From: Antedon mediterranea
Lineage: Eukaryota > Animalia > Echinodermata
DNA: 64,000 bases
Direction: 5' to 3'
NCBI RefSeq assembly: GCF_964355755.1
Contig: NC_092676.1
Span: 30,336,871 to 30,400,870, forward strand
Both the position numbers and the translations under genes were made by a program. This document shows positions 57,301 to 64,000 of the stretch, one piece after another; the first letter of the stretch is position 1, and every line of letters begins with the position of its first letter. The notes under the pieces were generated by a model. That model ran no database searches and was not told the origin of the DNA. It was given only the letters and a program-made list of their open reading frames with translations.

Positions 57301-60300
57301 ACATTTAATGATGGTGAATTAACTTATTGACATAAACTATATACTAACTTTTGATGCATCGATTTGCTGTATAAAAACAGCCTCTGGCATGGCACAGTAA
57401 ATGAATCAGTTTCTGTCGTTAGTATTATCTCTTTCAATTTTAATAACAGATATCAAACTGCATGTTCTAGATTTAAATCAGGCTATTTTTGATGATCAAT
57501 CAATTTCTTAAAATGTCATTTTCTATTTACTGAAACAATAATAACTCTGTACAATAGCTCTTGGAAATGATAGTATAGTAGTTAGGGTGATAAACAATAA
57601 TAACTCTGTACAATAGCTCTTGGAAATGATACTATAGGGTTAGGGTTAGGGGTTAGGGTTAATAACTCTGTACAATAGCTCTTGGAAATGATAGTATAGT
57701 AGTTAGGGTGATAAACATTAAAATGTTTGATGGTAATTTTGTACACTACCAGCTAATTCTTTTGTCACTTGGAGGTGTAAAAGTTATATTGTACAAAACA
57801 GTAATCTGTGTATTTCTTCACAGTGATGATAATTACCAAATTGTAAATCATAAATATTTGATATTTGGTTAAATTTTATATTTGAGATCACATGATACTG
57901 GCATGCAGAAACATCATAAAATATTTCCTATACGATAAGTGACATTCTTGATGTAATAAGATTTCTCATTGCAAATATTCAGTTTACATTAATTTTTACA
58001 AACAGGATATAACTTATAAATACCATAGAATTGCTTAATATCAGATTTGTTGATGTTTTTTATACCAAAAATATTTGGTGCAAACATCGAAAATACTACA
58101 TTAAATTTCTATTTTTAATTTTTAGCATATTTTATAATAGCATACTGTAGTTATTTCAGCTTAATTCTGATTAAATAAAGTTTAGCACCTTTTTACATAT
58201 TGAATTTTATATGTTTATATAATTTACTTTAAGATGACACATTGTTAATAAGGCTATCAGTATCACTACAGAATAAAAACCTAACCATGCTTAAATAATC
58301 ACATTAGTTCTTAAATCTGTTAGACAGTGCTTACAATTTCATGAATGCTAATATTCTCATACAATGGAACTTCTCGTATACGTCTTGGACGTTTTACCTT
58401 TGGTATCGGTCTAAGTGATGCATCATGGGAATTTTTCCATGCATAAATTATCTCAAAATCCTCTTGTTTATAAGATTTTGGTTGAATAAGTAGTTTTTCT
58501 TGTCGATTTCGCTTTGTCCAGCACCATACCCAGATGAAATTATTCACAAATAAAATTCCAAGAAAGCCAAAAGTGATGGATTCTGCTAATAATGATTTGA
58601 TAAACCATAAATCACAATCGTCACAAATTGTTTGTTGTTCATCAACTATTACAATTTTTAAATAATCAATTACAGTTGAGCAATTCTCTGTTGATAAACT
58701 GCTGCAGTTGTCCATCGTCATTGGATTGCACATTGAACTATTTTGCATTAATTGTTTTTCTTCGATGTCCTCCACCAAAATATTTGGATCACAATTCTCA
58801 AGATTTACTTCATTTTCACATTTAAATTTCCATGTACTTCCCTTTGGCTCGATGGCATAATAACAAAAGTCTGAATCCGATGCCGTTTTGATACAAGGCA
58901 TTTTTTTCAAAACAAGAATTTCCAGTTTTTGTTCATTCAATATTGTAGCATTTATTTGTCCTTGGTTAATTGATGAAGTATTTGAATTTTTTGTTGAATT
59001 CATCTTTGAAATACCTGTAGTCTTCACATCATTTTGTTTTTGCGAGTGAGGTATTGGTAGTAGTGATATCGTTGAGGTTTGTACACCTTCTGTGGATATC
59101 ATGTGTGTCTGGGCTGCAGAATGTATTGTTGTCATTTTTACCACACATTCTATCACTGGTAGTAATGCTGATATACAGATTAAAATCAAAGTAAATCTTG
59201 CTCTTACATCATGCCACCCCATACTTGATTTGTAGTATTCAATTTGTAAACAACTTATTGCACTCCTGAAAACATTCTTGTAAAAATTGACATTCTGATT
59301 GATTTGCCTTTAAAATTCACCGAGACTAAAAGTCAACAACGTACATTTCAACGAAACTGCTGACAGCCAAATTAATTTTCTATTTGAAAACTCATCACAC
59401 TAGCTTCTTTCTTGCCTATAAATGCGGACACTTAAATTCCCCGAAGACATTTTTAACCATTAACCGACCAAGCAGTTAAGATGGATGACCTCATTACATT
59501 CGTGTCCGTTTCACAATAGATTTTCATTTAAGATAACAAGTTTGATCATTTGTTGTTGTGTCTTCGTTGTGTCCTCTAGCATACGTCAACTTTTGTCATA
59601 TCCATTGATTATTGGATGAGCATTCTTGGTGTCATCATCTATCTAGTGCGATAATCATTAAATTATGTTTATCGTAAAATAGAAATGACAAAAAAATTCC
59701 TCACAAGATGTATGTTCTATTTCCAAGTCGAATTTGTTTAGGCTTGAAAGTATGACAATCTTCTTTTATATAACAAATAACATTTCATTTCTTGCTCGGG
59801 TTACAGACAAATTCTCCTGCATGTGAGATGATTTTCTATGTTGCTCTTAAATCAAAAATATTCCTGAAATGTTTAATGTTTGTTCTTTTTCAAACTTAAT
59901 GTGGTCTGGTTAACGTTAGTTTTGGAAATGAAGCCATGATCATCATCGTCGGTGAATTTCACTACTATAATATTGATGAATTCAAATTCCCTGAAGAGTT
60001 ACAAAATTAAGTTGGTGTTTTCCTCAAAGTCCTTTCTCAATAAATCTGCATAAAGTAATTATCAAATCCCCATCTGCCTCTTGGCTAATTTGCATTCGTT
60101 TTCTATGCATTATGATAGCGTTCATTTATCAGTGTAACTGTGTTCAACCAAACACGACATTTTCACAACCATGTGTGTCGCATGTACAAACACTGTAAAT
60201 TCAGCATTTTATACATGCTGACGCCGGAGCTCTATTGTGGGAAACATGATTGTTTTTCAAGATTCCTGATTTAAATGTAATGTTGATATATTTGGTTTCC

Positions 60301-62802
60301 CACTACTCTGACAGCTTTCTATGTGTATATATGTACATGAATAGTGAAAAGTTTAATTGATATTTCCTTTTTTTTAAATGTTTTTGTTTTTATTTATAAT
60401 ATTGATACTTTTCACTTTTTGGAGGTTAGCATTTTTTACACTGCCATCATGTAGGTCTTCAGATGTTTTTATTTCATTATTTGTTTACAAATCTAAAGCG
60501 AGATGATTTGTACTGGTGGTAACTTCAAAACGCAAACTAGCTTATTCACATGTTAATCAAGATAAAGAAATGGGTACTACAAATGTGATGGCCCCAAACT
60601 ACCCCATTAACAAGTCATTTTTAGTGTAAAGCTCTGTCTACACTATCAAAATAGTTTGACAAAGAGTGTGATATGGGCATATCACATTTTTTTGGCACAT
60701 AAAGTTTGATAGTGTAGTCGACAGAGCTTTATTACAATGTTAATTCTCAGTTTTTTTTAAAAAGTAATTCTTATTTTAATTTAAGTAATATAAGAGATAA
60801 TATAATTGTTTATCTTATATAGTGATATATGATAATTGTATTTATATGATAATATATAGTGATATATGATAATTGTAAAGCCTGTATTTCTAATCTTGCA
60901 ACATATTCACACTTGAGCAGTTTTCAATTTTGTATCACACTGAAATGTATACACACATGAATGATTCTATATTACATTAGAGAATACATGGTCACATTTT
61001 CCTATAAACCTACTTCCAAATGTCATTCAATATTTTGGATCTATTTCTGATAGTTTTACTGCGTTTCAATATTAATCTCCATCGTGTAATCGATGCTCAG
61101 TGTGTCAAATATATTTGTGTACGTCACAAGTTTCCCAATACTAACGTGTACTAGTTTTTTTTCAATATTTTATTATTTCTACCAAATACATTTCCTTTTT
61201 CTCAATATTTTTTTTCCTAGCCTCTGTACGATTCTTTGAAAACTATTTTGACATGCCTGGATCGCTGGTATTTGCTCGAATGGTTGATGCTGCTGATAAA
61301 AAGGTTTGAATTTTTATGGTGATTTGTTTTAGTGTTGTTTTTTACCAATGTATCTTCCCAGTATCAATATCTTTTATTTTATTCTATTTTTCCCAACAAA
61401 ATGAATATTTTATTGTTGGCTATACATGTTTTAATGATTATAATAAGCCATAGTAAGGTAACCATCAATTAACAATCCACCATATTGATCATAAGTTGAT
61501 TACACTGCTGTTGCCGAAGGCAGTATAAAACAGCAATGAAGTGTGTGTAAATTGTGTTTTTGTCATTTACCTTTCAGTACTTGCAGTCTGTTTGCAGTAG
61601 TTAATTGCTCGTATTATTGCTGGCTGATTATTCTTTATTGCTTATTATTGCTTGTTTCATATATATCAATATAGCTGTCTGTTATGAATACAAACTGTAT
61701 ACAGTACTTCTAAGCCAGCTATTTTAATGATCACCATACAACTGTATCATATCAATATTTTTTTTATTGTCTATCATAAGCCATTTCTTCTTTTCTCTTT
61801 CACTTTTTGTCCTTTATTTTGAATATACATTATCAAATGTGTAATAAAACAACACTGTATGCAATAGTAGACATTTTATTTACAGTAAATAAATGATCAA
61901 TGAAAACAATCAACTTATTTATTCTAATGTTCTTATATTTTAATGATTTTAGGCTGGAAAGCGGCTTTATGAATATAACTTCTTAAAAGAAATCTCAGCT
62001 TCATTTCTAAGGGTTTACAGATATCAAGCTTATGCTGGTTTGTTTATTTTTATCATTCTTAGAATTAGTGGTTATACAATCTTTGTACATTAAACCAGTC
62101 TTTAGTCCCTGTGCATTAAATCTATAAAAAAAAAAACCAACTAAATAATACTTTTAGAAATGTAAGTTTACTTCTAAAAACACTTGTTTTACCAAAACGT
62201 AATATACTGTATCATGTAATCACCTGTCATATTTGAAACTTATATTTTATAATAATTTATGTTTAGAGAATTCAGGAGGTTACTTTCCAAAATACAAAGA
62301 GGACCCTTTGCAGTTGATATATCCATGTAGTGACAGCGTCAAGAGCTTTTTACGACGACTTAAACAAAGTGGAAAATTTGTTTTTTTAATGACAAGTTCA
62401 AATGATGACTATGGCATTTCATTGCTTGAGCATACTCTAGGGTAAGTAATTTAAACATTGAAATTTAATTCTCAATAATTATTATACCTGGGTAACATAA
62501 ATACAATTATTTATTTATTCACAATATTTTACCAGGTTGACGCAAACAGTCTGGTCTTTTTTGGGGCCCTTGTTACATAAAAAAAATATATTATAAAAAA
62601 AAGTAACAGTAATATATGATACAAAACTTATACTACCGTAATAATGTATTACTCTTAGCAATAAAAATGACAACATATTTATAATATTTTTTTTTTTTCA
62701 GAAAGGATTGGCAAAGTTATTTTGATGTCTGTTTATTTTTAGCAAGGAAACCTGGATTCTTTACCGAACCAGACCCAACTAAGCGGCCTTTTCTGGATAT
62801 TA
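48385..62802 (+). CDS. NT5DC1: 5'-nucleotidase domain-containing protein 1 (HAD family), first 7 exons; gene continues past the window
   Basis: Exons 48385-48489, 48977-49068, 49382-49563, 61221-61303, 61953-62037, 62267-62441, 62702-62802 with consistent phases. Motifs GFDLDHTLCKY (HAD motif I), KGLVLDVEKGNF..ILRASHGT, ENYFDMPG, LMTSS, ARKPGFF. Confidence 0.92.
49142..49296. mobile_element. CACTA/EnSpm-like MITE; related sequence at about 43565-43795
   Basis: TIR cactatacaacccccaggagaggtgcgtcattt...aaatgacgcacctctcccgggggtcgtatagtg. Confidence 0.75.
49812..51838. repeat. 80-bp minisatellite interrupted by a LINE
   Basis: Unit gaatggtatggctaaaatccctggcaattgataaatgta...taggcctatttctcctat with period 80 (49961, 50041, 50121, 50201); resumes at about 51475. 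Confidence 0.93.
50216..51477 (+). mobile_element. 5'-truncated CR1/L2-group LINE (C-terminal RT part of ORF2, ORF 50210-51100)
   Basis: LYADDT RT motif, NKLSLN..K, KFLGI.DNSLSWKPHI, LILPYLSYGNIVW; 3' UTR stem-loop at 51333-51377, AATAAA and a (TTGAA)n tail. Confidence 0.92.
52820..53480. repeat. Cluster of short tandem duplications (18-bp x4, 67-bp x2, 122-bp x2)
   Basis: catattaccatgaaccat units at about 52823-52898; duplicate block 52973-53105; duplicate acctgggatt...ctaacatttg at 53253 and 53375. Confidence 0.85.
54315..56288. repeat. Minisatellite (aaagtagcctatgttgataccatattagttaggcatttt, about 36-40 bp, plus a longer variant) interrupted by a MULE
   Basis: Units on both sides of the 54421-55507 insertion. 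Confidence 0.92.
54421..55507. mobile_element. Mutator(MULE)-like non-autonomous element, copy 2, inverted relative to copy 1
   Basis: TIR gggtgtcacgaaacctaag...cttaggtttcgtgacaccc; 9-10 bp TSD tattagtta(g). Confidence 0.85.
56863..57147. repeat. 45-bp tandem repeat, about 6 copies
   Basis: caaccaatattttctggccgtaatcaaccttttctggtcaagaga units. Confidence 0.92.
57533..57716. repeat. About 59-bp tandem repeat x3 with an embedded (TTAGGG)n run
   Basis: aataactctgtacaatagctcttggaaatgata units; tagggttagggttaggggttagggtta at 57635-57661. Confidence 0.85.
58320..59222 (-). CDS. Uncharacterised type I membrane protein (300 aa), single coding exon, nested antisense in NT5DC1 intron 3
   Basis: Signal peptide (FTLILICISALLPVIEC), S/T-rich region, 9-Cys ectodomain with several NxS/T sites, TM ITFGFLGILFVNNFIWVWCW followed by KRNR, tail LYENI...VSTV. 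Acceptor-like ttttcag about 45 nt upstream of the ATG. Confidence 0.7.
   Translation of the reverse strand: MGWHDVRARFTLILICISALLPVIECVVKMTTIHSAAQTHMISTEGVQTSTISLLPIPHSQKQNDVKTTGISKMNSTKNSNTSSINQGQINATILNEQKLEILVLKKMPCIKTASDSDFCYYAIEPKGSTWKFKCENEVNLENCDPNILVEDIEEKQLMQNSSMCNPMTMDNCSSLSTENCSTVIDYLKIVIVDEQQTICDDCDLWFIKSLLAESITFGFLGILFVNNFIWVWCWTKRNRQEKLLIQPKSYKQEDFEIIYAWKNSHDASLRPIPKVKRPRRIREVPLYENISIHEIVSTV
60630..60728. mobile_element. MITE family A (Harbinger-like)
   Basis: agctctgtctacactatcaaa...tttgatagtgtag.cgacagagct. Confidence 0.8.
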
Positions 62803-63231
62803 GTAAGTTTACAATTGATTTTAGCCAGACACAAAAGTAGCATTCTAGATAAAAAATTCTCTTAATAAATTTACCACTAAAACATTTATAACTACAAAGA
62901 ATTCAGTAACAATTGGATAGAAGCAAATTTTCAAAATCTTATAATTTTATTTTGTTGTATTTCCCTATACTCCAAATAAAAAAAAGTTTATTTGTTTCAT
63001 GTAAAGTTGATACTATTGGGGGCGCTGTGTAAAAATGGATTGAAAAATTGTTAAATATCAACTTGGCAAAATCTAAAATATTTGAGGATCACATGATGTT
63101 AATTGTCAAATCAAAGTAGACATTCATTAGCTGTTAAAAACAATTTATGGAGAATATTATATTAGAAATTATACATGAAAAATTAATACTCTTTTAACTT
63201 TAACTGTGTTTTGTTTGTGTCCACAATGTAT

Positions 63232-64000
63232 TTATGGAGAGTAGGTCTGTGCGGATTGTGTTTGTAACTGTGTTTGTGTTTGTAACTGTGCGGATTGTGT
63301 TTGTAACTGTGCGGATTGCGTTTGTAACTGTGTTTGTGTTTGTAACTGTGATTGTGTTTGTAACTGTGTTTGTGTTTGTAACTGTGCGGATTGTGTTTGT
63401 AACTGTGTTTGTGTTTTGTCAACTGTAATTTTACTTTGCTTTAGGTTCTCTTCATTCTGAATATTCTGAACATTACAGTATTCCGTGTCATGTTGATATC
63501 TGATCGTTGAATTTTCGTCACTGGACAAATTTTCCTCATGTGTGATAGGTTGATTCCTTGATGCATGTGGTGGTATAAGGAAACGTTTGGAAAAACATAA
63601 AACCACAGCTGATATGAAGATAACGAATAAGCTACCAAGAATTATACAAGCAATAAACAATATATTAATAATATCAGATTGTTCTTCATATTTATGTAGG
63701 GCTATACTGCACATTTTTATATCCAAACCACCATCACAATTTGTCCACTGTGATTCACAAAAATAATCACCAAAATGATCCTCTTGTAATATAAAGCTAT
63801 AACTGAGTAGTAACGTACTGTTAGTGTCACTCCCAATAATATTAGTTAATGTTTTATTATTCCTTGTCCACTGAAATTGAATTGGAGGGTTACTACTGAT
63901 GCTAATGCATGTGAGGTTGACTACAATGCCTAGTGAGGGTTGTACAGGCTCCTGATGGCATTCTGGCACACCCGCAGAGAATAACACATTTAGTATCACG
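63232..64000 (-). CDS. Ig-superfamily type I membrane protein, 5'-partial, nested antisense in NT5DC1 intron 7
   Basis: VVNLTCISISSNPPIQFQWTRNN (B/C strands) ... DHFGDYFCES (DxGxYxC); TM IINILFIACIILGSLFVIFISAVVLCF followed by KR; tail TEYCNV and QTQ(SA)QL repeats. Frame is open to the window edge. Confidence 0.8.
   Translation of the reverse strand, partial: VILNVLFSAGVPECHQEPVQPSLGIVVNLTCISISSNPPIQFQWTRNNKTLTNIIGSDTNSTLLLSYSFILQEDHFGDYFCESQWTNCDGGLDIKMCSIALHKYEEQSDIINILFIACIILGSLFVIFISAVVLCFSKRFLIPPHASRNQPITHEENLSSDENSTIRYQHDTEYCNVQNIQNEENLKQSKITVDKTQTQLQTQSAQLQTQTQLQTQSQLQTQTQLQTQSAQLQTQSAQLQTQTQLQTQSAQTYSP
63245..63418 (-). repeat. Coding minisatellite encoding QTQLQTQSAQL repeats
   Basis: tgtgtttgtaactgtgcggat-type 18/21-nt units. 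Confidence 0.85.

Noticed and set aside
63183-63422. His/Lys/Tyr-rich 79-aa ORF
   Set aside because: Alternate frame of the Ig gene's coding minisatellite.

Overview
AT-rich, intron-containing metazoan DNA, probably a marine invertebrate deuterostome such as an echinoderm (inferred from gene structure and repeat types). I reconstructed the genes by eye from splice sites and reading-frame phase: two tandem TMEM35/NACHO-like genes (- strand, 2 exons each); a complete 25-exon afadin/AF-6/canoe gene (+ strand, about 1992 aa, RA-RA-FHA-DIL-PDZ plus a long tail); a 6-exon MRPS15 gene (+ strand, one GC-AG intron); and the 5' seven exons of NT5DC1 (+ strand, runs off the window). NT5DC1 introns hold two antisense membrane-protein ORFs, one Cys-rich and one with an Ig domain. 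Introns and spacers carry many non-autonomous DNA transposons (Harbinger-, Kolobok-, P-, MULE- and CACTA-like), a Helitron-like end, LINE fragments, tRNA-derived SINE heads and minisatellites, several of which have been hit by transposons. The best leads are the nested antisense receptor-like genes, four in-frame candidate microexons in afadin introns, a candidate intronic H/ACA-type RNA and a pentapeptide repeat expansion in afadin. I found no CRISPR or prokaryotic-type system. No database searches were run.
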